A DNA stretch of 64,000 nucleotides from Nitrospira sp. (GCA_047150005.1 AP038806.1:3680001-3744000), one strand, 5' to 3'; shown: positions 28,398 to 39,658, numbered from the stretch's first letter. Notes: generated by a model not told the origin, from the sequence alone. A program made the numbers and translations.

Positions 28398-29306
28398 TCA
28401 GCGGGCCTGATGCGCTTCGGCCCGTTTCTTTACCGGGGCCGGTTTCGAGGACACCTTGCTGGCTCTGAGCGCTTTGATTTCTTCCGCCTGATCATGCAGC
28501 TCGCGTTTCATCCAGCTCGATTCCTTGCGCAGCATGCTGATCTCCAGGTCTTTTTTCGCGAGCGCCTCTTTCGCCTTCTGAATTTCATCCATTTCGGACA
28601 TGAGACCTGGTTCGGTCGTCATTTGCGCTTTGGCCTGCTCGGCGCTCGTCATGGGGGCAGAAGCCGGGGCTTGGGACCGTGCCTGAGGCTTCGAGGCGGG
28701 CAGAGATGCCATCGGAGCCTTGGCCAGTGCGTGGTAGTCGATCACCATGGCGATCATGCCCACAGCGCCTCCCGCCGCATAGGTAGGAGCGCTCTCCGCA
28801 TGGGCGAGGGATTCAGGAGCAAATCCGGTCGCTTTGACACCTTTGGCGATCGTGAAGTAAACGGATCCTTTCTGGACATAGAGGCTGCCCGTGGTGGGTT
28901 CAACGCCTGACCCTGCCGATGAGGATACGCGGAAGGCGACGATCTGTTCCGGTTTCGCCTTGGACAAGCCTTGTACGAGCAGGGGAGTAAGAAACTCTGC
29001 ATCCTCATCGCTGAACGTTCTCATCGGCTTGCTGCCACCAGCGGACATTTTCGAAGACCCGTTCTCACTCTCATCCCTATAGAGCCCCTTCACAATCTTC
29101 ATCATGGTCGCCTGGTCGATGACGGCCGGATGACTGGCGTCAAACGACCAATCGGCCACCTCTTCCAGATGCACTCCGCCCTTTGAGCTCTGTGCGATTT
29201 TGGAAGTGCTCGAACAACCCGCCGCAACCAGGGCCACGACGGCCATCGCCCAAAGCCCGTAGGCCGGTCGTTTCCGGTGGAGGGAACGAATGGATTGGAA
29301 TATCAT
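28398..29306 (-). CDS. Hypothetical lipoprotein with C-terminal coiled coil
   Basis: Lipobox VAAGC; AGGAG SD. Confidence 0.7.
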   Translation of the reverse strand: MIFQSIRSLHRKRPAYGLWAMAVVALVAAGCSSTSKIAQSSKGGVHLEEVADWSFDASHPAVIDQATMMKIVKGLYRDESENGSSKMSAGGSKPMRTFSDEDAEFLTPLLVQGLSKAKPEQIVAFRVSSSAGSGVEPTTGSLYVQKGSVYFTIAKGVKATGFAPESLAHAESAPTYAAGGAVGMIAMVIDYHALAKAPMASLPASKPQARSQAPASAPMTSAEQAKAQMTTEPGLMSEMDEIQKAKEALAKKDLEISMLRKESSWMKRELHDQAEEIKALRASKVSSKPAPVKKRAEAHQAR

Positions 29307-29360
29307 GGACGATCTCCTATGGTCGGAACGATGTGTCGAACGATCTGTAAGAGGGATGGT

Positions 29361-29492
29361 CTACCAGATTCCCAGGCCCATCAGAGTCACGCTCAATGCC
29401 AGCCATCCGAAGAGCCCCACCGCAATGACGGTTTCCAGGCTGACGGAAGAATCGGACCTCTGGTCTGGAGCGGAAGCGACCTTGGAATCCAT
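29361..29492 (-). CDS. 43-aa single-TM small protein (not in the ORF track)
   Basis: MDSKVASAPDQRSDSSVSLETVIAVGLFGWLALSVTLMGLGIW with GGAGA SD. Confidence 0.6.
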   Translation of the reverse strand: MDSKVASAPDQRSDSSVSLETVIAVGLFGWLALSVTLMGLGIW

Positions 29493-29548
29493 AGCGTTCT
29501 CCAGCGGCTAGAAGATGTACATTCTTGAAATTGACTCTTCGAGGATTA

Positions 29549-29564
29549 AGCAAACTTTGTGCCT
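29549..29564 (-). promoter_or_regulatory. Sigma-54 -24/-12 promoter
   Basis: AGGCAC-AAAGT-TTGCT on the minus strand with canonical spacing. Confidence 0.65.
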
Positions 29565-29881
29565 CTTTGCCATCTTTGGGCCACTCTTCGCCATAATTTG
29601 AAACTCCTGGTCTAGAACCCGCACACTCTGTCTGTCGCCCTATCGCCTCAAACTATTCAATGGGCAGTAATTCCACCTTTTAAGTCATTGTTATTGTGGG
29701 ACCTCTATTTTTGCTCGCGCTAGAATCTTCTGCTCATCAAATGAAGAGAGTATCCACAACATTTCCCCAGGAAGAGAGAGAAACCGGGAGATTACGAGGT
29801 AAGCTTAGTGGCCGGATTCCTACAAAGAGGAGCACTTCCGGTACAAAACTGTTCGATTCAGACCAGGCTCGTGCTCGGAGA

Positions 29882-31222
29882 TCAGGCTGGCGGAGCAGCG
29901 TACAGAGTCGACACAGAGCAATCATAAACCGAGAGTTGAATCATCTGGCCGGGAGCGGCGGGAACGGAATCCTTGGACCACACCACGGTGATGTTTCCGT
30001 CGCTCTTGCCCATGCCCTGAAGAGAGGACCGCTTGGCGTCGCCTTCGACCAAGACGGATAGGGTAGTACCGAGATAAGCCCTATTGCGCTCCTGAGAAAT
30101 TCTACGCTGGAGATCGACCAACGCGGTCACCCGTTCCGACTTGACCGTTTCAGAGACATCATCAGACCATTTTCTGGCCGCGATCGTATTCTTGCGTTCG
30201 GAATACTTGAAGATGAATGCCGCGTGATATCTGACCTCCTCCAGAAGGCGATATGTGTCCGAAAATTCCTCGTCCGACTCCGAGCAAAAGCCCGCAATCA
30301 CGTCGGTGGTGAGCACGATGGCCGGGCACGACGAACGAATTTGATCCACCAAGCTGAGATAGGCGCTCCGGCTGTAGGTCCGGCCCATCAAGCCGAGGAT
30401 CCTGTCGTTTCCCGACTGGACCGGCAGGTGAATGTGTTTGCAGATTTTCGGATGCGACACCACCGCCTCCAGCAGGGCTGGTGGAAAATCCTTCGGATGG
30501 GGCGAAGTGAAACGTACCCGCTCGATGCCGGGCACGTCCGCCACCGCCACCAGCAACTTGGCAAAGTCCCAGTCGCCAGACTGATAGGAATTGACGTTCT
30601 GTCCCAATAAGGTGATCTGCTTGAACCCTCCCGCGGCCGCCAGACGGGCCTCGGCCACGATCCCTTCCGGCTCCCGGGATCGCTCTCGTCCCCTCGTATA
30701 GGGAACCACGCAGAAACTGCAAAAGTTGTCGCAGCCTCGCATGACCGCGATCCAGGCGTTCACCTCGTCGCGACGATCCGGTGCCACATCGTCGTAGGTT
30801 TCGTATTCCGAGAGATCGACCGCCATTTGCCGCCGGAGTTCCCCCTGTTCCTGCGACTCCATCGCCTTCGTGATGAGCCCCGGCAGGTGGCGATAGGAAT
30901 CCGGCCCGGCCAACACATCCACCAACGGTTCCTTTTCGGTCAACTCCTCCTTCAGATTCTGAGCCATGCAGCCCAACACACCGACCACCAAGGGACGCTG
31001 CCGTTTGAGCGCCCGAAGATCCGATAGGTGGGTATAGACCTTGTTGTGCGCATTCTCTCGGATTGCGCAGGTATTCATCAAAATCACATCGGCGCGCTCG
31101 CGATCGTCGGTGAAGACGAAACCGTCGCGCGTCAGCAGCGAGCGCACGAGCTCGGAGTCATACTCATTCATCTGGCATCCGAAGGTCTCAAGATGCACCT
31201 GAGGAGGCCGTTGCTGATTCAT
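29882..31222 (-). CDS. miaB: tRNA-i6A37 methylthiotransferase
   Basis: TFGCQMNEYDS, CDNFCSFC, RFTSPHP, TRAM domain. Confidence 0.95.
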   Translation of the reverse strand: MNQQRPPQVHLETFGCQMNEYDSELVRSLLTRDGFVFTDDRERADVILMNTCAIRENAHNKVYTHLSDLRALKRQRPLVVGVLGCMAQNLKEELTEKEPLVDVLAGPDSYRHLPGLITKAMESQEQGELRRQMAVDLSEYETYDDVAPDRRDEVNAWIAVMRGCDNFCSFCVVPYTRGRERSREPEGIVAEARLAAAGGFKQITLLGQNVNSYQSGDWDFAKLLVAVADVPGIERVRFTSPHPKDFPPALLEAVVSHPKICKHIHLPVQSGNDRILGLMGRTYSRSAYLSLVDQIRSSCPAIVLTTDVIAGFCSESDEEFSDTYRLLEEVRYHAAFIFKYSERKNTIAARKWSDDVSETVKSERVTALVDLQRRISQERNRAYLGTTLSVLVEGDAKRSSLQGMGKSDGNITVVWSKDSVPAAPGQMIQLSVYDCSVSTLYAAPPA

Positions 31223-32568
31223 GACATCGGCACCAAGGAAATGGTGGGCAGCGCCTTGGACGCAGGCCGGAGCGGAACAATCTGCCCCACGGCCCCTCGC
31301 TCGGACGCGGCCGAGATACGGACGGATCGGACTGTGTTGGTGAGCGAGTCGGAGGAAGCCACGGCGACCCGCAGAAAATTCGGCGCCGTGCCCACGGCAA
31401 AGTCGCACGTCTCTCCGGCCTCGAAAAGGATCGGAACGGTCGACCCGATATGGCGCTCCGCAAACAGCATCCGCTTGGCGCGGTCCAGCGCCGCCAGTCT
31501 CATCGCCCGTTCCCGGACCACCCCCCCGGGAACGCATCCGTTCAGTCGCACGGCGGCCGTGCCCGGTCTCGGCGAGAACGGGAACACATGGAGATAGGAG
31601 AAGGGGAGGGTTTCCGCCAAACGGACCGTGTTGAGAAACGCCTCCTCGGATTCTCCGGGGAATCCCACCATCACGTCCGTGCCCAATCCGAGCGACGGCA
31701 CCGTTCGAACAACTCGTTCGATCAGTTTCACAAAGTCCCGCACGCGATACGGCCGGTTCATGGCCGACAAGATCGCATCGTCGCCGCTCTGCAGCGGCAC
31801 ATGAAGATACGGACAGAGCTTCGAAGAGGCAGCCATCCGCTCGATCAGCCCCTCGTCAATGGTCGTGGGCTCGATGGAGGAGATTCTGATCCGTTCCAGG
31901 CCATCGATCCGTTCAAGGGCGTCGATGAGTGCCGGCAAGCCGCGGCCGTCTTGTCTGTACCGGCCGATGTTCACCCCGGTCAGCACGATCTCCCGGTATC
32001 CTGCCTCCGCCAGCATGGCCGCTTCCTGAAGCGTGTCTTCCAACACGCGGCTTCGCTCATGTCCGCGAGCGAAAGGGATGAGACAGAAACTGCACATCAC
32101 GTTGCATCCGTCCTGAATCTTCACGGACGCCCTCGTCGAGTCGGGCGTTCCATATTCGGGAAGCACAAAGTCATCCCGGTCGATCGTTTTACTGTGAACG
32201 ACTTCGGGCTTGGGAGATTTTCGCAGATGCTCAGGCGCGGGAAGCATCGAAGGCAGATCCCATTTAAACTGATTGCCGACGATCAAATCGACGCCAGTCA
32301 TCGACCGCAGCTCCTGCCCGCCGGTCTGGGCATAGCAGCCGGTCACGGCGACGAACGCACCAGGGGAATGTTTCAATGTCTTCCGCACCACATACCGGCA
32401 GGTACGCTCCGCCTCTTTCGTGACCGAGCAGGTGTTCACCACCAGCAAATCGGTCGGTTGACCGAAGGCCACCAGTTCGTAGCCTTCTTTGCGCAATCGG
32501 GATTCGAGCACGAACGTCTCCGCCTGATTCAGTCGACACCCCAGCGTATGCAAAGACGCTCGTTTCAT
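31219..32568 (-). CDS. mtaB: tRNA-t6A37 methylthiotransferase
   Basis: TLGCRLNQAE, VKIQDGCNVMCSFC, RIRISSIEP. Confidence 0.93.
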   Translation of the reverse strand: MKRASLHTLGCRLNQAETFVLESRLRKEGYELVAFGQPTDLLVVNTCSVTKEAERTCRYVVRKTLKHSPGAFVAVTGCYAQTGGQELRSMTGVDLIVGNQFKWDLPSMLPAPEHLRKSPKPEVVHSKTIDRDDFVLPEYGTPDSTRASVKIQDGCNVMCSFCLIPFARGHERSRVLEDTLQEAAMLAEAGYREIVLTGVNIGRYRQDGRGLPALIDALERIDGLERIRISSIEPTTIDEGLIERMAASSKLCPYLHVPLQSGDDAILSAMNRPYRVRDFVKLIERVVRTVPSLGLGTDVMVGFPGESEEAFLNTVRLAETLPFSYLHVFPFSPRPGTAAVRLNGCVPGGVVRERAMRLAALDRAKRMLFAERHIGSTVPILFEAGETCDFAVGTAPNFLRVAVASSDSLTNTVRSVRISAASERGAVGQIVPLRPASKALPTISLVPMS

Positions 32569-32729
32569 ATTCAGACGCGCATTATATAATGACTGGTAGA
32601 CCCTCGGGCAAGGCAGCCGATCAAAGAACATCCCGATGGCTTCGCCGGCGTCGCGTTGGTTGAAGCCGATCAACGGCCGTGGTAGCATGCAGCCCATTGC
32701 GTAAGCCTCTGATTCGGAGTGAGTCTCTG

Positions 32730-33137
32730 ATGATCACTTCTCCGCGCGCATGCTTCATCCTCCTCTGCCTTACGCTGCTGTTTTCCGCCTCCGGCGTGTC
32801 CACCAAGGAACTCCTGCCGAACGAGCCGGACCTCAATACCAGAATCGACGAACTGTACGATCACGAAGCCAGGCTCTTCCTGATGCTCTATTCCCTGGGC
32901 GGAAACGGTCAAGTGGACTATGTCACCGGCCGTATGGTGCAGGAGTATGCCCGGAGCAACTACGGCAACCCGGTGTATCAGACGGAAGCTTATCCGTTGT
33001 TCTATTGGTGGAACCATACGATGTGGAACGATCCCGAACAGGACGGGGTCAACGGCAACGAACGAGTCTATCAGGAAAACGTGGAGTTCGACATTTCCCG
33101 CTACAAGCCTTGCACGTTCAACGGCCAACCTTGCTGA
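32730..33137 (+). CDS. Exported hypothetical protein
   Basis: Hydrophobic signal followed by an aromatic/acidic domain; host-like codon use. Confidence 0.65.
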   Translation: MITSPRACFILLCLTLLFSASGVSTKELLPNEPDLNTRIDELYDHEARLFLMLYSLGGNGQVDYVTGRMVQEYARSNYGNPVYQTEAYPLFYWWNHTMWNDPEQDGVNGNERVYQENVEFDISRYKPCTFNGQPC

Positions 33138-33268
33138 GGATCGCCCCGACCGACTTGCCGCTTTCTCTTGATTGCCCATGGATCATCCGGCGCCGGTTTT
33201 CATGAAATCTCTGCTGGCGGCGAACAGCTGGATGGTATTTTATCCGGGTCCATGACGGTCGACGTACC

Positions 33269-34531
33269 ATGAGCGCCTTTTCAGTCGCACAAGTTCTCGC
33301 GAATCGACGAATCGCCTTCATGCTTCCCCTGGGCTTCGCCTCCGGACTTCCCTTGGCGCTCACCGGCGGCACCCTCCAGGCCTGGCTGACCGTGGTCGGA
33401 CTGGACCTGAAGACCATCGGCATCTTCACCCTCGTCGGGCTTCCATACACGGTGAAATTTCTCTGGGCTCCGCTTCTCGACCGCATCACGCCGCCCTGGC
33501 TCGGGCGGCGCCGCGGATGGATGCTTCTGACTCAGATCGGGGTGTCCCTCGGGCTGGTTGCCATGGCGACGATCGGAGCGGGCGAGCGTCCCGAATGGCT
33601 CGGTTTGGCGGCGGTCCTGGTCGCCTTTCTTTCTGCGTCGCTCGACATCGTGTTCGACGCGTATCGCACGGATCTCTTGCTGCCGGCCGAGCGCGGCTTT
33701 GGAGCAGCGGTGTGGGTGAACGGCTATCGATTTGCCTTATTGGTTGCGAGTTCCGGCGCATTGGTTCTGGCCGACTCTATCGGCTGGGAATCCACGTACC
33801 TGGTCCTTGCCGGGATCATGGCGATGGGAATCGTCGCTGTGCTGGCGGCTCCGGAACCGACGTTCACCGGAACGCCGCCCTTGAGTCTCATCGAGGCCGT
33901 GGGCGACCCGTTATGGGAGTTGTTCTCCCGCCCCGACATCGTCAGGTTGCTGCTGTTGATCCTGCTGTACAAGATCGGCGACGCCGTCGCCGCATCGCTG
34001 CAGACGGCATTCTTCATTGGAGGGCTGGGATTTTCGACCAGCGATGTGGGATACGTCAAAGGGATCGGCTTGTTCGCGACGTTGGGCGGTGCCTTGGCAG
34101 GCGGGATAGCGATGGCGAGAATGGGTTTGGTTCCCTCGCTCGTGCTGTTTGGACTTTTTCAGGCGCTTTCGAATCTCTGTTTTACGGGACTCGCCTGGGC
34201 GGGAAAAAGTTACGCGGCGCTGACGGCTTCCGTACTGATCGAAAACGTGACGGGGGGAATGGGAACCGCCGCATTCGTAGCGCTGATCATGTCGCTCTGC
34301 GACCACCGGTACACGGCCACGCAATTTGCGCTGCTTTCGTCCCTCGAAGCTGTAGGGCGCGTCTTTTCCGGACGTCCCTCGGCCGATTTGGTGGGTGCGG
34401 TCGGATGGCCGCAGTTTTTCTTCATTTCATTTTTCCTGGCATTGCCGGGGGTCTGGCTTGCCTGGACGCTACGGTCCAAGCTTCAGGAGCGGCCCGGGAC
34501 GGGGTCCGTCGGGGATTGCGCCGTATCATAG
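33269..34531 (+). CDS. ampG: AmpG-family muropeptide MFS permease
   Basis: LGFASGLP, KFLWAPLLD, LGRRRGW, DIVFDAYR, TATQFALLSS. Confidence 0.92.
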   Translation: MSAFSVAQVLANRRIAFMLPLGFASGLPLALTGGTLQAWLTVVGLDLKTIGIFTLVGLPYTVKFLWAPLLDRITPPWLGRRRGWMLLTQIGVSLGLVAMATIGAGERPEWLGLAAVLVAFLSASLDIVFDAYRTDLLLPAERGFGAAVWVNGYRFALLVASSGALVLADSIGWESTYLVLAGIMAMGIVAVLAAPEPTFTGTPPLSLIEAVGDPLWELFSRPDIVRLLLLILLYKIGDAVAASLQTAFFIGGLGFSTSDVGYVKGIGLFATLGGALAGGIAMARMGLVPSLVLFGLFQALSNLCFTGLAWAGKSYAALTASVLIENVTGGMGTAAFVALIMSLCDHRYTATQFALLSSLEAVGRVFSGRPSADLVGAVGWPQFFFISFFLALPGVWLAWTLRSKLQERPGTGSVGDCAVS

Positions 34532-34822
34532 GGGCACGACCCGGCGTTGCAAGAACAGCACGTACAGCATGAGTGTCGGTAAGGGAGCAAGGAGAAAGGG
34601 CACGAGCCATACCCAAACGTTCTTCGCCCGTACGCGCGCCTGATCGATCATCCAGACGAAGACCCATACGACAAGGCCCACATAGTTCAAGGCCATCCAC
34701 CGAATCGTATGGGTCTTGAGTCCGCTGGCCCGCTCGGGAGAAGTCTGGAACAGAAATATCCCGAGAATCACAATGAACAGCCCCAGCAACAGTCCGACGA
34801 TGCGCTTGCTCCAAACATACAT
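34526..34822 (-). CDS. Small membrane protein (three TM segments)
   Basis: MYVWSKRIVGLLLGLF...; GGAGG SD. Confidence 0.6.
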   Translation of the reverse strand: MYVWSKRIVGLLLGLFIVILGIFLFQTSPERASGLKTHTIRWMALNYVGLVVWVFVWMIDQARVRAKNVWVWLVPFLLAPLPTLMLYVLFLQRRVVPL

Positions 34823-34990
34823 GGATCCCTCCAACGTGAAGATGAAATGTCCGGCAACTGACCCGCTGCTGCAGAGAAGGCTAATCGTGCGCAATGAGCT
34901 TGTCAAAACAGCAGGGACCGTCCCGTTGCAGCGAGAACCGAATGATGGGAGCGAATTGAGTGCGATGACGCATACACAGCGAGGAACAGC

Positions 34991-35362
34991 ATGAAGCTGT
35001 GGCCATTGTTGCTGCTCGTGACGGCCCTGGCCGCAAGCGTCGCGTTGGTCTTGACCAACCCATCGCTGGACGACTATGTGGCATTCGTCGAAGCGGAGCT
35101 GGGGAAAGCCCTGGACCGACACGAATCGTCCGTTCCGCATAGGGAACGCGATATGGTCCGCACCATTTTTCGCGCGCATAGCCGCGAGTTGGTGGAGAGC
35201 GTCGTACGCCCGCATACCATCCAACGCAACTGGGGGCTCTTCAGCCTCTTCGAGACGACGGCGCTCGAAGTTCATATCGAAGTCCTCGCGATCGGCGGCC
35301 GCTTCATCCCGCTGAAAGGCGTCGACGACGCCGTCGTCCGTTTGGGTCGCCTGGCATTTTAG
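34991..35362 (+). CDS. DUF4359-like membrane-anchored protein
   Basis: TM then TNPS..DY, RNWGLFSLFET, IGGRFIP. Confidence 0.7.
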   Translation: MKLWPLLLLVTALAASVALVLTNPSLDDYVAFVEAELGKALDRHESSVPHRERDMVRTIFRAHSRELVESVVRPHTIQRNWGLFSLFETTALEVHIEVLAIGGRFIPLKGVDDAVVRLGRLAF

Positions 35363-35436
35363 TCCTCACGCCTCGCCCCTTCGACCTTCGTCTCCCCGGC
35401 TGTCGATCAGCGACTACCCATCGGCAGCCCTCGTCC

Positions 35437-35519
35437 TGTGGATAAGTCGATAGAAATTCCGTGAAATCGGCCACCGATGAGGTCCGATAGTTATCCACAG
35501 AATGTCCTCGCTATCCACA
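35437..35519. promoter_or_regulatory. Three DnaA boxes upstream of nrdJ
   Basis: TGTGGATAA 35437-35445, TTATCCACA 35491-35499, CTATCCACA 35511-35519. Confidence 0.75.
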
Positions 35520-35525
35520 GTGAAA

Positions 35526-35573
35526 CCACAATATTTAGTATTGACAATTTCCAGCAATGGCTATATGTAGTCC
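35526..35573 (+). promoter_or_regulatory. Tandem NrdR boxes overlapping the nrdJ promoter
   Basis: CCACAATATTTAGTAT and TGGCTATATGTAGTCC, starts 32 bp apart, bracketing TTGACA at 35541. Confidence 0.85.
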
Positions 35574-35693
35574 CTCACTCTGCTCCGGGAGACGGTTTCC
35601 TCCCGTCAGAGGCAGAAGCATCCAAGGCGGTTTTACTGCTCGTCCACGGCCGTTAAACGACTTGCGCTGCCATTAACCCTGGGAGGAGAGATC

Positions 35694-38600
35694 GTGAGAA
35701 TAGAACGGCGATTCACACGTTCCGGACAAAGTCCTTATGAAGGCTTACAGTTCGTGAAGCGTTCGTCGGAGATTCGCAATCCTGACGGATCGACCGTCTT
35801 TAAATTGGAGCAGATCGACATCCCGGAGTCATGGTCGCAGTTGGCCATCGATATTTTGGCGCAGAAGTACTTCCGCAAGGCCGGCGTGCCCCAACGGGAC
35901 GAATCGGGAAATTCGATCGTCGGCCAGGACGGCAACCCGGTGCTCGGCGGCGAGCGGGACGCACGCCAAGTTTTTGATCGTCTGGCCGGATGCTGGACGC
36001 ATTGGGGCAAGTCCTACGGATACTTCAAGACCGCCGAAGACAGCGCGGCATTTCACGACGAGCTGTGCTTCATGTTGGCGCACCAGATGGCGGCCCCCAA
36101 CAGCCCCCAATGGTTCAACACGGGATTGCACTATGCCTACGGTCTTTCCGGACCGGCTCAAGGCCACTATTATGTGGACCCGCAGACCCGTGAGGTCGTC
36201 AAGGCGACCAATGCCTTCGAGCATCCGCAGCCGCACGCCTGCTTCATCCAATCCATCGAGGACGATCTCGTCAATGAGAACGGCATCATGGACCTCTGGG
36301 TACGCGAAGCCCGTCTGTTCAAGTACGGCTCCGGAACCGGAACGAATTTTTCGGGGCTGCGCGGAGACGGAGAATCACTGTCCGGCGGCGGTCGCTCCTC
36401 CGGTTTGATGTCGTTCCTGCGGATCGGAGACCGGGCGGCCGGCGCCATCAAGTCCGGCGGCACGACCAGGCGGGCAGCGAAGATGGTCTGCCTGGATTTG
36501 GACCATCCGGACATCGAAGAATTCATCGACTGGAAAGTGATCGAAGAGCAGAAAGTCGCTGCCATGGTGACCGGCTCGAAGATCTGCGCGCAACGGCTCA
36601 ATGCCGTGCTCAAGGCCTGCCACGTCGTCGAGAACGACGGCACCCCGAAGGTCGAGGTCGATCCCAAGCGCAACGGCATCCTGAGGGAAGCAGTCATCGC
36701 GGCGCGCCGGGATGCGGTGCCCGAAGCCTACATCCAGCGGATGTTTTCCTACGCCCAACAAGGTTTCACCCATTTCGTCTTCCACGAGTACGACACGAAC
36801 TGGGACGGCAGGGCCTACCAGACCGTCTCCGGGCAGAATTCCAACAACAGCGTCCGCATTCCCAACGAATTCTTCGCCGCCCTCGAAAATGACGGCGACT
36901 GGCAGCTGAAGCGCCGCGTGGATGGAAAGGTTTCCAAGACCGTCAAGGCGCGGGAACTCTGGGACCGCATCGCCTGGGCCGCCTGGATCTGTGCCGATCC
37001 GGGAACCCAATACGACACGACGATCAATGAGTGGCATACCTGTCCGGAGGACGGACGCATCAACGCCTCCAATCCCTGTTCCGAATACATGTTCCTCGAC
37101 GACACAGCCTGCAACCTGGCCTCTTTGAATTTGGCGCAGTTTTTCACCGGCGACGGGCAGTTCGAATTGGAGAATTTTCGCCATGCGGTGCGGCTCTGGA
37201 CCATCGTGCTGGAGATCAGCGTGTTGATGGCTTCGTTTCCGAGCCGTTCGATCGCGGAAAGGAGCTATCAGTTCCGCACGCTGGGCCTCGGTTACGCGAA
37301 CCTCGGCACCGTCCTGATGCGCCAGGGCATTCCCTACGATTCTCCGAAAGCCCTGGCGATCTGCGGCGCCCTCACCGCGATCATGACCGGGGAAGCCTAC
37401 AGCGCCTCCGCGGAGATGTCCGCGGAACTCTGGCCTTTCCCCAGCTACACGAAGAATCGGGAATCGATGCTCCGCGTCATCCGAAATCACCGTCGCGCGG
37501 CCTATCACGCGCCGGAAGAAGAGTACGAGGGCCTGACGATACGGCCGGTCGGCATTCAAGCGGAACACTGCCCTCCCGACTTGTTGATCGCGGCTCGGCG
37601 GGCCTGGGACCGTGCCCTGGAGTTGGGGACGGCCTACGGCTATCGGAACGCCCAAGTCACCGTCATCGCTCCCACCGGGACGATCGGGCTCGTCATGGAT
37701 TGCGACACCACGGGCATCGAGCCGGACTTCGCGCTGGTGAAGTTCAAGAAACTGGCGGGCGGAGGATATTTCAAGATCATCAACCAAAGCCTGCCGCCGG
37801 CGCTGGCCACCTTGGGCTATTCCGAGTCCCAAATTCAGGACATCGTCAGCTATTGCGTCGGCCGCCAGACTCTGCAAGGCGCCCCCTTCATCAATCACGA
37901 GACGCTGAAGCAAAAGGGGTTCGACGATGCGGCGCTGGCCCGTCTGGAAAGTGGCTTGGCCCAGGCTTTTGAAATTCAGTTTGCGTTCAACAAGTATGTC
38001 CTCGGCGAAAGTTTCTGCCGGGAAAAGCTCGGGCTGACCGACGTCCAGCTCACGGAAGCCAACTTCAACATGCTGAAGGCCATGGGCTTCACGCAGGAAG
38101 AGATCGCCGCCGCCAACGACTATTGCTGCGGCACGATGACGGTCGAAGGCGCGCCCTACCTCAAGACGGAACACTTCCCGGTCTTCGATTGCGCCAACCG
38201 ATGCGGCAGAATCGGGCAACGGTACATTGCGGTCGATGCGCACATCCGGATGATGGCCGCCGCACAGCCGTTCATCAGCGGCGCGATCAGCAAGACCATC
38301 AACATGCCGGCCGATGCGACGCTGGACGAGGTCAAGTCCGCGTATCTGTTTGCGTGGAAAAGCATGGTCAAGGCGGTCGCTCTCTACCGCGACGGCTCCA
38401 AACTCAGCCAACCGCTGTCGGCTTCCATCGACACGACCAAGAGCGTGGACGTGGCGACGGATGTCGTGGCGGTCGCCGAAAAAATCACCGAGCGGGTGCT
38501 CGTCCGTTACCTGGCCAAACGACGTCCCTTGCCGGCAAGGCGCAACGGCTATACACAAAAGGCCGTCATCGGCGGACACAAGCTGTACCTCCGTACCGGC

Positions 38601-39215
38601 GAATATGAAGACGGGACGGTCGGGGAGATCTTCCTAGACATGCACAAGGAGGGCGCTGCTTTCCGCAGCTTGATGAACTGTTTCGCCATCGCGATTTCGC
38701 TGGGCTTGCAGCACGGTGTACCGCTGGAGGAATTCGTGGAAGCCTTCGTCTTCACCCGGTTCGAACCGAACGGGCCGGTCAAGTTGAACGACCGGATCAA
38801 GATGTCGACGTCCATCATCGACTACATTTTCCGTGAGCTGGCCGTAACCTACTTGGACCGGTACGATTTGGCGCAGGTCAAGGAAGAAGATCTCCGCATG
38901 GACTCGGTGAAGAAAGACGAGCAGGACCCGGAGTGCTCGGACGAGGAAGCCAATCCGGAAACGCTGGCGCTGTCTTCGATCATGACCGACCGGGTTCCAG
39001 CGCGGCACGGCATTACACCGCGCCACGCAGGGAACGGCAACGTGTCCCACAAGGTTGAACTGAAGCGCGAGACACTCACCCTGACAGCCATACAAATCGC
39101 GCGTCAGAAGGGATACGAAGGCGATCCCTGCAGCGAATGTAAGCAATTCACGATGGTGCGGAACGGAACCTGTCTCAAGTGCGATCACTGCGGTGCGACC
39201 AGCGGATGTTCCTAG
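35694..39215 (+). CDS. nrdJ: Class II (B12-dependent) ribonucleotide reductase
   Basis: [35 protein letters not shown]-like domain and C-terminal Zn ribbon. Confidence 0.96.
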   Translation: MRIERRFTRSGQSPYEGLQFVKRSSEIRNPDGSTVFKLEQIDIPESWSQLAIDILAQKYFRKAGVPQRDESGNSIVGQDGNPVLGGERDARQVFDRLAGCWTHWGKSYGYFKTAEDSAAFHDELCFMLAHQMAAPNSPQWFNTGLHYAYGLSGPAQGHYYVDPQTREVVKATNAFEHPQPHACFIQSIEDDLVNENGIMDLWVREARLFKYGSGTGTNFSGLRGDGESLSGGGRSSGLMSFLRIGDRAAGAIKSGGTTRRAAKMVCLDLDHPDIEEFIDWKVIEEQKVAAMVTGSKICAQRLNAVLKACHVVENDGTPKVEVDPKRNGILREAVIAARRDAVPEAYIQRMFSYAQQGFTHFVFHEYDTNWDGRAYQTVSGQNSNNSVRIPNEFFAALENDGDWQLKRRVDGKVSKTVKARELWDRIAWAAWICADPGTQYDTTINEWHTCPEDGRINASNPCSEYMFLDDTACNLASLNLAQFFTGDGQFELENFRHAVRLWTIVLEISVLMASFPSRSIAERSYQFRTLGLGYANLGTVLMRQGIPYDSPKALAICGALTAIMTGEAYSASAEMSAELWPFPSYTKNRESMLRVIRNHRRAAYHAPEEEYEGLTIRPVGIQAEHCPPDLLIAARRAWDRALELGTAYGYRNAQVTVIAPTGTIGLVMDCDTTGIEPDFALVKFKKLAGGGYFKIINQSLPPALATLGYSESQIQDIVSYCVGRQTLQGAPFINHETLKQKGFDDAALARLESGLAQAFEIQFAFNKYVLGESFCREKLGLTDVQLTEANFNMLKAMGFTQEEIAAANDYCCGTMTVEGAPYLKTEHFPVFDCANRCGRIGQRYIAVDAHIRMMAAAQPFISGAISKTINMPADATLDEVKSAYLFAWKSMVKAVALYRDGSKLSQPLSASIDTTKSVDVATDVVAVAEKITERVLVRYLAKRRPLPARRNGYTQKAVIGGHKLYLRTGEYEDGTVGEIFLDMHKEGAAFRSLMNCFAIAISLGLQHGVPLEEFVEAFVFTRFEPNGPVKLNDRIKMSTSIIDYIFRELAVTYLDRYDLAQVKEEDLRMDSVKKDEQDPECSDEEANPETLALSSIMTDRVPARHGITPRHAGNGNVSHKVELKRETLTLTAIQIARQKGYEGDPCSECKQFTMVRNGTCLKCDHCGATSGCS

Positions 39216-39250
39216 ACTGAGCTACGGCATGCCTAAGCGGAGGGAGGTCC

Positions 39251-39658
39251 ATGACTACCACACTGCGCGAACAAGGTATCGACTCGGTCCATGATCAGGT
39301 CGTCAGTCAGGTAGCCCAACGGTGGGCCAAGGCCTTTCACTGCAAGGTGACCATCCATACGAACCTGGAGCAAAATCCCTGGGCTGCACCCAGCCAGTTT
39401 TGCGACATTGTGGGATGGCACGTGACGCCAGGAGGTCATACAATAGAGTGGATGGCCGAAGTCGAGACCGAGGCCTCGCTGGCCGAGAACCGGACGGCAA
39501 CGAATTGGAAGCGGACCGTCGTACGCGGGGTTCCGTTTTACCTGCTGGTCCCGCGCGGCATGAAGGACACGGCTCACAAACTTGCCCAAGACACATCGGT
39601 CGTGTTTAGCTGTGTCTATGAGTACACATTCATTCACGACATCTGTTACGTGCTTTAA
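39251..39658 (+). CDS. Hypothetical protein, possible PD-(D/E)xK-like fold
   Basis: GGAGG SD; CDIVG...AEVET pattern. Confidence 0.6.
   Translation: MTTTLREQGIDSVHDQVVSQVAQRWAKAFHCKVTIHTNLEQNPWAAPSQFCDIVGWHVTPGGHTIEWMAEVETEASLAENRTATNWKRTVVRGVPFYLLVPRGMKDTAHKLAQDTSVVFSCVYEYTFIHDICYVL

Noticed and set aside
35437..35519. oriC
   Set aside because: Only three boxes, no evident unwinding element or dnaA/dnaN nearby; explained by the nrdJ promoter
36375..38579. Long antisense ORFs (734 aa here; also 15538-16818, 45502-46824, 56140-57549 and others)
   Set aside because: Shadow frames of well-supported GC-rich genes with no motifs of their own
35574..39215. Cobalamin riboswitch before, or intein within, nrdJ
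   Set aside because: No B12-box-like motif recognised in the 120-bp leader; no intein splice or LAGLIDADG motifs seen; length fits a TSCPD-fused NrdJ
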